From the NCBI GenBank assembly GCA_022819945.1, contig JAJEGI010000172.1:9427-73426 (forward strand): a stretch of DNA of 64,000 nucleotides, in the 5' to 3' direction. The first letter of the stretch is position 1. The number at the start of each line of letters is the position of its first letter. Positions 33,690 through 43,367 of this stretch are shown here, in pieces. Under the pieces are notes generated by a model, which saw only the letters and a list, made by a program, of their open reading frames with translations, had not been told where the DNA came from and searched no databases. This DNA is from Candidatus Poribacteria bacterium (GTDB lineage Bacteria; Poribacteria; WGA-4E; WGA-3G). Both the position numbers and the translations under genes were made by a program.

Positions 33690-35480
33690 ATGACTCGTTT
33701 ACGCTTTGCGTTAGTGCTAATTGCGTGTGTGGGTATGTCCAGTGGTATTATTTTTGCACAAGAGGCGGTTGTAAATGGTGGCACTGTTCGAGGTCAAATT
33801 AATGATACAACCAGAACACAGAATCCGATTGAAGGCGTTGAAGTGAAAATTGTTGCCACTGATGGCACAGAATATATAGCAACAACTGACGTTAACGGTA
33901 AGTACAAACGATCAGGTATCCCTGCTGGTCGGTATCTAATCAGTATTCATAAAGAAGGCTACGGTGATCGGCTTGGAAAACCTGTCACAGTTGTCAATGG
34001 CGGCGATCACTTCGTTCCACTTATGATGACCAAAAAGGCGGGGATCGCTACCTTTCTCGAAAGACTCCAGAAAAAAGGCACAATTGAGGACATGGCACAA
34101 AACCCGCAAGAACACTGGTACAACCTCACCTTGATGAAGACTAAGATCGGTTACATGTATGTGTCTACCGAACAGACTGCGTATCAAGGGGAAGAAGTGG
34201 ATCGGAACAGAGTTGATATAGTTATGAATCTCAAGGCACTTGGTGCGAATGTAACAGTTGAAATCACCCGCGTCGAGTATATAGGTTCCGATTCAATGCC
34301 GCGCCACTTCCTCTCAACCTCCAATGCGTCGGGTCTGCAACAGGTGGAAGGCCATATTGTAGATGGCGTTGCCTCCATTAAGACGACGCTCAATGGTGAA
34401 ACGACTGAATCAGAAGTCTCTGTGCCATCGGATACAATTTCTGAATATACAGGTGTCGAATCACTCTTCCGGAAGGGCCTTAAAATAGGCGACAAACGGA
34501 ATTTTCACATTTTCAGTTTCGATCTATTGAAGCCGGTAAAAACGGAAATCGAAGTTGAAGCGCGAGACATCTTAACCTATCAGTCAGCGGAAAAACAGGT
34601 TTATGTTTTGCGTCAGACGATGGATACGATGAACGGGATCACCTCGAAGATTTGGCTTGATGCCGAGGGTGTAACCTATCGAACGGAAACACCGTTGATG
34701 GGTCTCTCCATGGTAACCACAAAAACGGACAAGGCAACGGCACTGGGTGGTATCGAAGAAGTTGATGTCGTTTTAAAGACGCGTATCCTCCCTTCTGGCA
34801 AACGCCCTATACCAAACGCAAAAAACTTTGGCGCAGATGTAAAACTTATAACAGGAAACATCACTGATGCGATCATGTCTACTTCCCAGCAAAAACTTGC
34901 GTTAAACGGCGAGCATTCAGGTAGACTTTCCATTCAAGTTCCAACGGTTGTTGCGGAAGATTGTCCGGATTTACCTATTCAGGGTGCGGAAGATAAATTT
35001 CTTGGTGCGAGTGCTTATATCCAAACTGATGCTCCGGCTATTCGCGCGAAGGCCGAAGAGATTTTAGAAGGCGAAGTTAATTCATGGCGTGCGGCAAAAA
35101 AGCTATGCGAATGGGTGCATACATCTATGAGTGACAAAAAAATGAGCGGTGGCTTTGGTTCTTCATTAACAGCACTGGAGACACTTTCTGGAGATTGCAC
35201 GGAACACACGGTGCTTTTTATTGCGCTGGCACGTGCCGCAGGAATACCAGCACGCATCTGTTCTGGTATTGCCTTTGCAAAAGATGCCTTTTACTATCAC
35301 TTTTGGTCTGAAGTCTACGTCGGTAGATGGGTGCAGATGGATCCAACGTGGGGGCAAAATATCGCTGATGCGAATCACATACAACTCGGGGGCAGCACCT
35401 TGGAGCCGGATAACTTGATAGGATTCGCTGAAGGTGTTTTCCGAACGCTCAATCAACTTGAAATTGCCATCGTTGAATAG
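33690..35480 (+). CDS. secreted transglutaminase-like cysteine protease-fold protein with N-terminal CarboxypepD_reg-like domain
   Basis: Signal peptide. GTVRGQI...DVNGKYK..IPAGRY. C-terminal Cys-His-Asp core (GDCTEHTVLFIALARAAGIPAR, YHFWSEVY, MDPT). Confidence 0.8.
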   Translation: MTRLRFALVLIACVGMSSGIIFAQEAVVNGGTVRGQINDTTRTQNPIEGVEVKIVATDGTEYIATTDVNGKYKRSGIPAGRYLISIHKEGYGDRLGKPVTVVNGGDHFVPLMMTKKAGIATFLERLQKKGTIEDMAQNPQEHWYNLTLMKTKIGYMYVSTEQTAYQGEEVDRNRVDIVMNLKALGANVTVEITRVEYIGSDSMPRHFLSTSNASGLQQVEGHIVDGVASIKTTLNGETTESEVSVPSDTISEYTGVESLFRKGLKIGDKRNFHIFSFDLLKPVKTEIEVEARDILTYQSAEKQVYVLRQTMDTMNGITSKIWLDAEGVTYRTETPLMGLSMVTTKTDKATALGGIEEVDVVLKTRILPSGKRPIPNAKNFGADVKLITGNITDAIMSTSQQKLALNGEHSGRLSIQVPTVVAEDCPDLPIQGAEDKFLGASAYIQTDAPAIRAKAEEILEGEVNSWRAAKKLCEWVHTSMSDKKMSGGFGSSLTALETLSGDCTEHTVLFIALARAAGIPARICSGIAFAKDAFYYHFWSEVYVGRWVQMDPTWGQNIADANHIQLGGSTLEPDNLIGFAEGVFRTLNQLEIAIVE

Positions 35481-35586
35481 TTATCAGTTAAAGAGGTTCC
35501 TGATAAACCCAAATTTTCTTTAAAACCATTAGCATTTCAGAGACGTTAACATCTTAAAAGAAGGTGTACATCACTCAAAAACCAAA

Positions 35587-35658
35587 GCTGATGACTGATG
35601 ACCGAAAACTATGCCCCTGACGACTCTCACTGTGAGGCAAACTGATAACTACTGATGG
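35587..35658. repeat. STRR-like heptamer words upstream of the BatA/vWA gene
   Basis: CTGATGA CTGATGA at 35588-35601, CTGACGACT, and CTGATAACTACTGATGG reaching the start codon. Confidence 0.5.
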
Positions 35659-37898
35659 CATTTCTCAACCCACTTTTTCTTTTTGGACTCCTTGCCGCTG
35701 GTATCCCACTGATTATCCATCTTTGGAATCGTCGTCGTGTTGTGACGGTTGATTTTAGTAGTCTGATGTTCCTGATGGCGGCACATCGCGAAAACGCTCG
35801 TCGCTTCCAACTCAGGCAGCTGCTCATTTTGCTTTTGCGGATGGCAATAGTCGCGCTTATTGTGTTTGCTTTAGCACGTCCGTTCTTGACACTTGGGCTG
35901 CCTATCGCCTCTGTGCGTGCCAAAACCGACTTGGTTATCGTCTTGGATAACTCTTATAGCATGGCGTACCAAGATGTTGATGGCATCAGATTTGAAAAAG
36001 CGAAAACCTTAGCGATTGATATTCTTGACACTTTGCGGCACGGTGACAGTGCCGCACTTATTTTAATGTCGGATATTGCGAATCCTATATTCCGACAACT
36101 CACCCCCGACCTTGAAAGCGTTACAGCGGCAATCAACGATGCGGAGGTTTCTTATCGTGCCACGAACGTTCAACCGAGCCTTGAACTGGCTCACGAAATC
36201 CTCGCCGAATCGGAACGATTGAACAAGGAGCTCTATCTGATTTCAGATTTTGCCCAAAACGGATGGAAAAACTGGGGTAGGCTTTTGAATCGTTCAGGTG
36301 CGCGTGTGTCTCTGATTCCTGTCGCCGACGGAGAAGCCCATAACACAAATATTGAAGAAATTCGTCCGTCCAATCAACTCATAGGCGTAAATCTACCGCT
36401 CCAATTAAATGTGACTACTGCGAACCACTCGGTAGCCCCTTTGGCACGGAATATGCTAACACTATTTATTGGAGGAGAGAAACAAAAAACTGTGAGTTTT
36501 TCAGCAGCAGCGAACGAATCACTAAATACAGCTTTAACACATAACTTTTCTACACCCGGCACACATATCGGTTATTTCACACTAACGGAAGATCGACTCA
36601 ACATTGACAATCGGCGTTATTTCGTCTTGGATATCATCGGCGAAGTCCGTGTGCTTTGTGTCGGCGAACAGACGGAATACCTGACGTTGGCACTAAATCC
36701 ACATAAAAATAGTCGTCAGCAATCAGCTGTCAGCAATCAGCAAAGAGATTTTCTTAATGCCCCACCGACAACCGACAGCCGATTGCTAACAGCCGATACA
36801 ATGATTCTGCCAACGCAATGTACACCTGCTGAATTTGAGACCTTTCCGCTCGAAGACTATGATGTTGTTATCCTCGCGGATGTGCCAGAGATCACTCGTC
36901 AGATCGGTGCCCAGATTCAAAAATTCATCCGTCACGGGAAAAGTGTTATTGCATTTGTGAGCAGTCACAGCAATATAGATAGTTACAACCAATTTAGCGA
37001 TACTTGGTTCCCCGCCCAACTTGGTAGAACGCTTACATGGACACCCCCGCGGCAGATTCGTACGTATCAAGAAACGCACCCGATTTTTGATATTTTCCCG
37101 AACGAAGGATTTTCGACACAATACGCGCCACAGTTTCACAGCGGTGTAGCCCTAAGTCCGACATCTGAATCGAGGGTAATTGCGCATTTCGACGATGATA
37201 CACCTTTTCTCATTGAACGAAGTCCCGGTACCAGTACCGTCCTACTCTATAATTGCGGGCTACTTGCACAACAGAGCGATAGATCCAACGCAGATACGAT
37301 ACCGCTTCGTACCACAATTTATACAAACAATCTGTTTGTTAATCCTTATTTCCTCCCGATGCTCCAACAGAGTGTGCTTTATACAGCTACAGCTAACAAT
37401 AACCTTTTAACATGGGGTGGACATATTGGTGACATCTATACGGCGCGTTATCCGCAAAGTGCTGGTGGGAAAGCGACTATCCGTTTAAAAACCACTGCTG
37501 ATACATCGAATAACGATGGCACCAATGTTAACAACGGTATTGTAGTTCCGATTGCTGAGGACGGGACACTGCGATTTCAAGGTACAGAACGTCCTGGTAT
37601 CTATCAAGTTGATATTCAAACCCAAGGCAAACTTCAACGAGACTTCTTCGCTGTTAATGTTGATGCGACTGAAGCCGATTTAGCAAGGATCCCGGTCCAA
37701 CAGGCAGCTGCGAGGGTGGGTGCCCGAACAACAGCAGATGGGGAAACTGAAGGATCAACAGTCGAAACCGATGCTTACAATGTTAAGAGACATGGTAAGG
37801 AAATATGGGGTGAATTGCTTCTCTTGGCTGTCTGCCTCATGCTCTTGGAAAGTTTCCTCTCAAACCGCGAAAAGGCACTAACCGTAGGTGAAGCATAA
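35655..37898 (+). CDS. BatA_N (N-terminal double-TM anchor) plus vWA domain protein
   Basis: LNPLFLFGLLAAGIPLIIHLWNRRR start, MIDAS LDNSYSM, C-terminal TM helix. Confidence 0.75.
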   Translation: MAFLNPLFLFGLLAAGIPLIIHLWNRRRVVTVDFSSLMFLMAAHRENARRFQLRQLLILLLRMAIVALIVFALARPFLTLGLPIASVRAKTDLVIVLDNSYSMAYQDVDGIRFEKAKTLAIDILDTLRHGDSAALILMSDIANPIFRQLTPDLESVTAAINDAEVSYRATNVQPSLELAHEILAESERLNKELYLISDFAQNGWKNWGRLLNRSGARVSLIPVADGEAHNTNIEEIRPSNQLIGVNLPLQLNVTTANHSVAPLARNMLTLFIGGEKQKTVSFSAAANESLNTALTHNFSTPGTHIGYFTLTEDRLNIDNRRYFVLDIIGEVRVLCVGEQTEYLTLALNPHKNSRQQSAVSNQQRDFLNAPPTTDSRLLTADTMILPTQCTPAEFETFPLEDYDVVILADVPEITRQIGAQIQKFIRHGKSVIAFVSSHSNIDSYNQFSDTWFPAQLGRTLTWTPPRQIRTYQETHPIFDIFPNEGFSTQYAPQFHSGVALSPTSESRVIAHFDDDTPFLIERSPGTSTVLLYNCGLLAQQSDRSNADTIPLRTTIYTNNLFVNPYFLPMLQQSVLYTATANNNLLTWGGHIGDIYTARYPQSAGGKATIRLKTTADTSNNDGTNVNNGIVVPIAEDGTLRFQGTERPGIYQVDIQTQGKLQRDFFAVNVDATEADLARIPVQQAAARVGARTTADGETEGSTVETDAYNVKRHGKEIWGELLLLAVCLMLLESFLSNREKALTVGEA
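36715..36741. repeat. STRR-like heptamer tract inside the BatA/vWA CDS
   Basis: GTCAGCAATCAGC T GTCAGCAATCAGC, equivalent to CAGCAAT CAGCTGT CAGCAAT CAGCAAA. Encodes QQSAVSNQQ. Confidence 0.7.
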
Positions 37899-39934
37899 TG
37901 GTAAATTTTGGGAACATTGGTCCACCGCTTCGGACTTTGTGCTTAATCGTGGTATTCGGTATCGGCATACAAGTTGAAATTTCGTCAGAAACTTCTGATG
38001 TAACTCCACAAAATGTGATAGAAGCATCAGAGACAGTGACTGCTTCAGAGGCCCCAAAAGTGGTTTTAGGAAACGAGGCGGATCATATCGTACGTAGTCT
38101 TGTAATCAGGGGTAATAATTCATTCTCTGAACAACAAATTCGCGCCCTGATGCAGACAGATGTCTGGAGTATTTATGATGAAATGGTTCTGGCAGCAGAT
38201 TTTGAAGCAATCCAACGTTTTTATAAGGCCAAGGGGTACCGGTTTGCTCGTGTAGATACAACGCAAGTTTCGGTGAAAAAATTCGCAGATGGTGTTTACC
38301 TTGGTATTGAGATTGATGAGGGTATCATCGGGGAAATCACCTTATCGGGTAACAAAAAAACTAAGCAAGAGGTTATTCTCCGTGAACTGTTGTTTGAAGT
38401 TGGGGATATTTACGTAGCAGCAGATAAGGAGGAAAGTGAGCAGATACTCCGTGATAAGGCTTATATCGGCGCAGCGAGGATTGATCCGTTGCGAGACGAA
38501 AATTCCAATACGGTAGCAATTCACGTTAATGTTACTGAACTCTGGTCGCCCCCGTTACCTTCGATTGATCCAGCCCTGAATAGCCAGGGTGGCACGTTTC
38601 TTTTAGGGTTGCGGGAATCCAACGTATTTGGCTCTGGGCACGACACCGAGGTCCGTTATCAACGGATTAGTGAGATCGGTGAAAAGACTAAGAGTCTTTT
38701 AACATGGAAGTATAGCATGCCCCGTGTTGTCGGATCACATTGGAATTTTGATGGCGCTTATATTCAGAAACGCGAGGGGGATTCATGGGCGATTCTATTC
38801 GACCGTCCGCAATACACGTTGAAAAGCCGTTGGAGTGCGAGGTTTACCTTGTCAGAATCGGTTGGTGATTTCTTGTGGTTTGAAATGGATCCGTTTACTC
38901 ATAAATTAAAGCGAACAGATAGGTTTGAGATAAGTTCACAACGCGTGTCTGGTAGGATCCGGCGATACTTTGGGGACCGAGAGCGTCAAAACTATATTGG
39001 GCTTTGGGCAACTTCACGCCGTTTGCAGCATGAGTTAATTGAAAAAGAGTTTCCTTCTACGGCGGATCCATCAAATCGTGACATCAATCTGGTTGGTATG
39101 ACTGTCGGGCGGAAACATACTACTTACCACAAAACCCAGTTTATCAGAAGAATGGGGCGTGAGGAAGTTTTTTTAGTAGGGTCTGAATACGCTTTCTCAT
39201 TAGGACATGCTTCCCCTTTATACGGTTCAGATAGATCAGAGAGTTACGCAAATTTCGTAGGTAATTTAGGATGGACGCGCGGGAATCGGGTATTAGGGCT
39301 CACCCTTATAGATATAATTACAAACTTCACAACACGGATTGAGAATTCCGCGTTTCAGGCACGCACCTCGTGGTACTACACAGATGTATTCAACACAGGC
39401 GATATTTATACAGTTGACAAAGGATTCCGTAAAAACGGTTTTTTAGATTTTTATCAGATATTTGTAGCAGAATTCAAAACGAGGTTGGAGTTTGGTTGGC
39501 AGGGAGAAAGTCAGGTTCTCCTGGGTGCCTTCAATGGATTGCGAGGTTATGACTACCGCCAATTTAGTGGAGAAAAAATGATGGTGTTGCGTCTTGAGAG
39601 CCGAACCGTTTGTGGTGGGACACTCTTCAGGAAGCTGGATGATGGTATTGAAGCGGTTGCCACTTTCATTGCGAAACCATTTATTAAACGTTCCGTCAAC
39701 CTTGGTCTTATCCTAAGTGCTACTGCTTTTACCGACATAGGTTACATCTGGAATGGGAACCATACATTCAATCTGATGGAGCCAAAGCGGAGTATAGGCT
39801 TTGGGCTACGGGGCGGGTTTGCCAAGGTTAGCAATGCCGGGATACTTCGCCTTGAATTTGCGTTTCCGCTTGATGATCCGTCTTCGCCACCCTTTAAACA
39901 GATGCTCTTTTGGGGAGTTGAGTCCACATTCTAA
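37898..39934 (+). CDS. Omp85/BamA-family outer-membrane protein (POTRA plus beta-barrel)
   Basis: POTRA-like IVRSLVIRGNNSFSEQQIRALM...FYKAKGYRFARVD. Long beta-barrel ending in aromatic ...WGVESTF. The start overlaps the upstream stop (TAATG). Confidence 0.75.
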   Translation: MVNFGNIGPPLRTLCLIVVFGIGIQVEISSETSDVTPQNVIEASETVTASEAPKVVLGNEADHIVRSLVIRGNNSFSEQQIRALMQTDVWSIYDEMVLAADFEAIQRFYKAKGYRFARVDTTQVSVKKFADGVYLGIEIDEGIIGEITLSGNKKTKQEVILRELLFEVGDIYVAADKEESEQILRDKAYIGAARIDPLRDENSNTVAIHVNVTELWSPPLPSIDPALNSQGGTFLLGLRESNVFGSGHDTEVRYQRISEIGEKTKSLLTWKYSMPRVVGSHWNFDGAYIQKREGDSWAILFDRPQYTLKSRWSARFTLSESVGDFLWFEMDPFTHKLKRTDRFEISSQRVSGRIRRYFGDRERQNYIGLWATSRRLQHELIEKEFPSTADPSNRDINLVGMTVGRKHTTYHKTQFIRRMGREEVFLVGSEYAFSLGHASPLYGSDRSESYANFVGNLGWTRGNRVLGLTLIDIITNFTTRIENSAFQARTSWYYTDVFNTGDIYTVDKGFRKNGFLDFYQIFVAEFKTRLEFGWQGESQVLLGAFNGLRGYDYRQFSGEKMMVLRLESRTVCGGTLFRKLDDGIEAVATFIAKPFIKRSVNLGLILSATAFTDIGYIWNGNHTFNLMEPKRSIGFGLRGGFAKVSNAGILRLEFAFPLDDPSSPPFKQMLFWGVESTF

Positions 39935-39935
39935 A

Positions 39936-40023
39936 ATAGCAAATTTTGGCGCGGTTGCAAACGGCGCCAGCGAAGGGGCATAGCAAATTTTGGCGCGGTT
40001 GCAAACGGCACCGGCGAAGGGGC
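39936..40023 (+). repeat. 44-bp tandem direct repeat, two copies with 2 mismatches
   Basis: ATAGCAAATTTTGGCGCGGTTGCAAACGGCGCCAGCGAAGGGGC at 39936-39979, repeated at 39980-40023 with ..GGCACCGGCG... It lies in the gap between the Omp85 gene and the polytopic membrane gene. Confidence 0.9.
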
Positions 40024-40056
40024 TGCGTAAGTCCTGAAGAATTCAGAGAGAAAAAT

Positions 40057-41964
40057 ATGGACACATCCCCGCGCGCTTCACCTGAAAACATTACATGGCG
40101 AGCCGTCCTGATAGGACTCCTGTCGCTGCCGCTCAATATCTACCTTGTCGTTCAAACAGAGACGGTGTGGACGACCCAATACCCGACCACAATGGCGATT
40201 ATCTTCAACGCCATTTTTACGCTTTTCCTTGTCGCGATTATCAATCTCCCGTTATCACGCTATCTCCCGAAATGGCAACTTACACAAGCAGAGATGCTAA
40301 CGGTTTATCTCATGGTAACACTGGCATGTGTTGTCTGTGGACACGATCTTTTGCAGGCGACAATGTGCGTCTTGGGGCATGCCGCATGGTTTGCGACCCC
40401 GGAGAATGAGTGGCAATCTCTCTTTTTCCGATATATCCCGGACTGGATTGCCGTCATGAATCGGCGTGCCTTAACCGGCTATTATGAAGGCACGTCGAAC
40501 CTATTTGAACTGGAGCATATCCGTGCGTGGGTTACGCCCGTAATGGCATGGCTGGTTTTCTTTTCTGCCCTGGCGTTCTCCATGATGATGCTCAGCGTCA
40601 TCCTGCGTAAACAGTGGATTGAACATGAAAAGCTGAGTTATCCAATCATTCTGCTACCCTTTGAAATGACGACGGGTGCAAGTTTCTATCGGAACCGATT
40701 GCTCTGGATAGGCTTTGGGGTTGGATTTGGGCTTGACCTACTCAACGGTATGAATTTCCTGTTCCCGTTTGTTCCGAGCATCCCTATCCGTCACGACATT
40801 GGCAGGTTGTTCACGGAAAAACCGCTGAGTGCTATCGGATCAACACCGATTCATTTGAATCCGTATGCTATCGGCATCGGTTTCTTGATGCCGTTGGATT
40901 TGTCGCTTTCTTGTTGGCTGTTTTACCTTTTTTGGAAAGCGCAGCTTGTTTTCGGTGCGATGACAGGCTTGAATCAGACCCCGGGGTATCCGCATATCGA
41001 CATGCAATCGCTTGGTGCGTACTTTGGGCTCTGTTTCTTCGCCCTCTGGATAACACATAAACACTTATGGCAGGTTATTCGGAATATCTTGGGTCTGAAA
41101 ACGAGTTTAGACACGAGAAGTGAACCGATAGGGTATCGCAGCGCGTTCATTGGGCTACTGCTTAGTATTGCAGTTGTTTTTGGGTTCTGTTTGAAGGCGG
41201 GGATGTCGTGGTGGGGGGTGCTTGGATTCTTCAGTATCCATTTCATACTCGTGTTAGCGTTCACTCGGATGCGTGCCGAACTTGGGACCCCAACGATGGA
41301 TTTCTACCGTGCCGGTCCTGGTCTGTTTCTTACTTCAATTTTTGGCTCCAGGAAGATAGGTGCGCCGACATTGACGGGGTTCGCCTTTCTCTATGGATTC
41401 ACCCGTAACTACCGATCACAACCGATGCCGAATCAATTAGAGGGGTTTAAACTCGCTGACAAAGGGAGCATCAATACGCGTCAAGTCCTTTGGGTAATGT
41501 GGGGTGCGACGGTGATCGGGCTATTTATCGGTTTTATCGCATTTCTACACGCTGGCTACCGGCATGGAAGTTTAGGGACATGGCGGGGGCAGGAGGCGTT
41601 CAGTGATCTTCAACGGTGGTTGACGCTTCCAAACGACACAGACTGGAGCCGTCTCAGCTTTTTCGGATTCGGCATCTCGCTGACGCTTGGAACGCTGTTT
41701 ATGCGTCTGCGGTTTATCTGGTGGCAGCTGCACCCGCTCGCCTATCCGCTTGCGGGGAATTGGAATTTCGGTAGGCTCTGGTTTCCGGTATTTCTGGCTT
41801 GGTTGATAAAGTCTATACTGATTCGACACGGTGGGATTGGCGCGTATCGCCGAACACTGCCTCTATTTTTCGGGACAATGCTCGGCGAATTTGTGATGGG
41901 AAGTATCTGGGCAATTTTAGGGCTGTTTCTCGGCCAACGGATGTATTCGTTTAAGCATTGGTAA
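40057..41964 (+). CDS. large polytopic inner-membrane protein of unknown function (at least 12 hydrophobic segments by eye), possibly DUF6785-like
   Basis: ATG at 40057 follows GAGAGAAAAAT. The ORF-track N-terminal extension (39946) reads through a tandem DNA repeat and encodes an Arg/Cys-rich non-protein-like peptide. Confidence 0.6.
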   Translation: MDTSPRASPENITWRAVLIGLLSLPLNIYLVVQTETVWTTQYPTTMAIIFNAIFTLFLVAIINLPLSRYLPKWQLTQAEMLTVYLMVTLACVVCGHDLLQATMCVLGHAAWFATPENEWQSLFFRYIPDWIAVMNRRALTGYYEGTSNLFELEHIRAWVTPVMAWLVFFSALAFSMMMLSVILRKQWIEHEKLSYPIILLPFEMTTGASFYRNRLLWIGFGVGFGLDLLNGMNFLFPFVPSIPIRHDIGRLFTEKPLSAIGSTPIHLNPYAIGIGFLMPLDLSLSCWLFYLFWKAQLVFGAMTGLNQTPGYPHIDMQSLGAYFGLCFFALWITHKHLWQVIRNILGLKTSLDTRSEPIGYRSAFIGLLLSIAVVFGFCLKAGMSWWGVLGFFSIHFILVLAFTRMRAELGTPTMDFYRAGPGLFLTSIFGSRKIGAPTLTGFAFLYGFTRNYRSQPMPNQLEGFKLADKGSINTRQVLWVMWGATVIGLFIGFIAFLHAGYRHGSLGTWRGQEAFSDLQRWLTLPNDTDWSRLSFFGFGISLTLGTLFMRLRFIWWQLHPLAYPLAGNWNFGRLWFPVFLAWLIKSILIRHGGIGAYRRTLPLFFGTMLGEFVMGSIWAILGLFLGQRMYSFKHW

Positions 41965-42082
41965 GCGGTTGTCAGTTAAGAGAGAGAAAAAGGCTATTTG
42001 ACATCATACGTTTTTCAATCTTTTCCAAAGTAGGTTCCTCCACTGCTGTAGCACAAATGTTACTTTTAACGCTCAGATGGGC

Positions 42083-43276
42083 TTAGTTTGCTGCCTTTCG
42101 GAGATGTATCCTTCCATCAGAAGTGCGCAATTTTAGTAAGGGGCCGCCACCGTTTATCTTACCTTTTAACCGACTTTTAGAGGTTTTCCCTTGAGATCTT
42201 GAAGCCACACTGAAGTCGGTTAAAACTCTCCCATCGCTGGTTTTAGCGTCTATGTCAAGAGCAATATCGGAGATGAGTGTAACGGTGATGCTACCATCAG
42301 ACGTGTGTAGGCTACAGTCTCGCTCAGGTTGTGCTGTGATCTGGGCACGAATGGAACCGTCAGAGGTTTTTGCGTTTACAGTTCCAAAGCCATGCTCCAA
42401 CCGAATGGAACCGTCAGAAGTTTCTGCCCAGAGGGATCCGCGAATTTTTCCAAAATGGAGACTGCCATCAGAACTCTGCGCCTTGACATCACCTATAACA
42501 TTGCCAACTCTAATACTGCCATCGGATGTTTTCAGGTCCACTGGGCTGCTACATGATGTAAGTTTGATACTACCATCCGATGTACGCCCCCATACGTTTC
42601 CTTCAATATTGCCGAAACGTAGACTGCCATCAGAAGTTTGTGCCCGGGCTTCACCACCAAGGTCTGCGATGGAAACACTACCATCGCTGGTCTCCAAATT
42701 GACACTGTACTGCTGAGGCACTGTTACCTGAAAGAAGATTTTCAACCGATTCAGTTCTTTTCGCCAATGTTTCCGACCGTGCTTGAACTTTCCGTTAATA
42801 CGGACATCGGAACCTTTGTGCTCAAAAGTCACCTCAAAATCTTCAATAGCCTTTTGAACCTTGGGGTCTAACTTGGCATTCGATCCATTTTCAACCGTCC
42901 CATCTGCCTTAACCTTTACGCCATTTATTGTAACAACATTGCCATTAATCCGAATGTTGCCACTCTGGTTAATCAGAATATTACCATCACCCTGGATGAC
43001 AACATTACCGTTATTCCAGTTAGCAGGACTGAAAGTAATAAGGATATCAACTTTATCCTGTTCAGCGGTTTGAATGTCAATTGCACCGAACTCTGACACA
43101 ACCGTTAGATTTCCATCCTCCTTGACGTTGTATGTTTTCTCAATCTTCTTCAGAATATTGTTCTTTACCGTCGATGGCGCATCGGACGAAGATTGCGCGT
43201 TGGCATTGAGAAAACAGGCACTGCCAGAAAAAAACAGTAGCACAACGAAGGCTTTTAACTTCATGAACCTCTCCAT
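42083..43276 (-). CDS. DUF4097-type beta-helical repeat protein (YvlB-like), secreted
   Basis: Signal peptide. About 10 iterations of (T/S)SDGS(I/L). AGGAGA lies 6 nt before the ATG at 43276. Confidence 0.75.
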   Translation of the reverse strand: MERFMKLKAFVVLLFFSGSACFLNANAQSSSDAPSTVKNNILKKIEKTYNVKEDGNLTVVSEFGAIDIQTAEQDKVDILITFSPANWNNGNVVIQGDGNILINQSGNIRINGNVVTINGVKVKADGTVENGSNAKLDPKVQKAIEDFEVTFEHKGSDVRINGKFKHGRKHWRKELNRLKIFFQVTVPQQYSVNLETSDGSVSIADLGGEARAQTSDGSLRFGNIEGNVWGRTSDGSIKLTSCSSPVDLKTSDGSIRVGNVIGDVKAQSSDGSLHFGKIRGSLWAETSDGSIRLEHGFGTVNAKTSDGSIRAQITAQPERDCSLHTSDGSITVTLISDIALDIDAKTSDGRVLTDFSVASRSQGKTSKSRLKGKINGGGPLLKLRTSDGRIHLRKAAN

Positions 43277-43308
43277 GGGATTTCTCCTATAACCGTTACA
43301 GCGTTAGG

Positions 43309-43362
43309 AAAAAAGAAAGGCGCGACCTGTCTGGAACGTTATAGACGTTATTCCAGACAGGT
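43309..43362 (-). terminator. intrinsic terminator of the acidic hypothetical gene
   Basis: Perfect 12-bp stem ACCTGTCTGGAA/TTCCAGACAGGT (43325-43336 / 43351-43362) with a 14-nt loop. On the minus strand it is followed by CGCGCCTTTCTTTTTTCC. Confidence 0.7.
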
Positions 43363-43367
43363 GCAGC

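Noticed and set aside
35481-35507. TTATCAG-12 nt-CTGATAA hairpin right after the transglutaminase stop, considered as a terminator.
   Set aside because: The stem is only 7 bp and AT-rich, and no U-tract follows. It probably belongs to the CTGATA/heptamer word family rather than being a terminator.
39936-40023. I checked whether the 44-bp tandem repeat, or the WD40 126-bp array, could be a CRISPR array.
   Set aside because: The 44-bp copies abut directly with no spacers, and there are only two of them. The 126-bp array is an open reading frame. No cas genes are present.
39946-40056. An N-terminal extension of the polytopic membrane protein ORF (MARLQTAPAKGHSKFWRGCKRHRRRGC...).
   Set aside because: It reads straight through the 44-bp tandem DNA repeat with non-protein-like composition. 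The ATG at 40057 has an upstream purine-rich SD-like tract, and the hydrophobic protein begins there.
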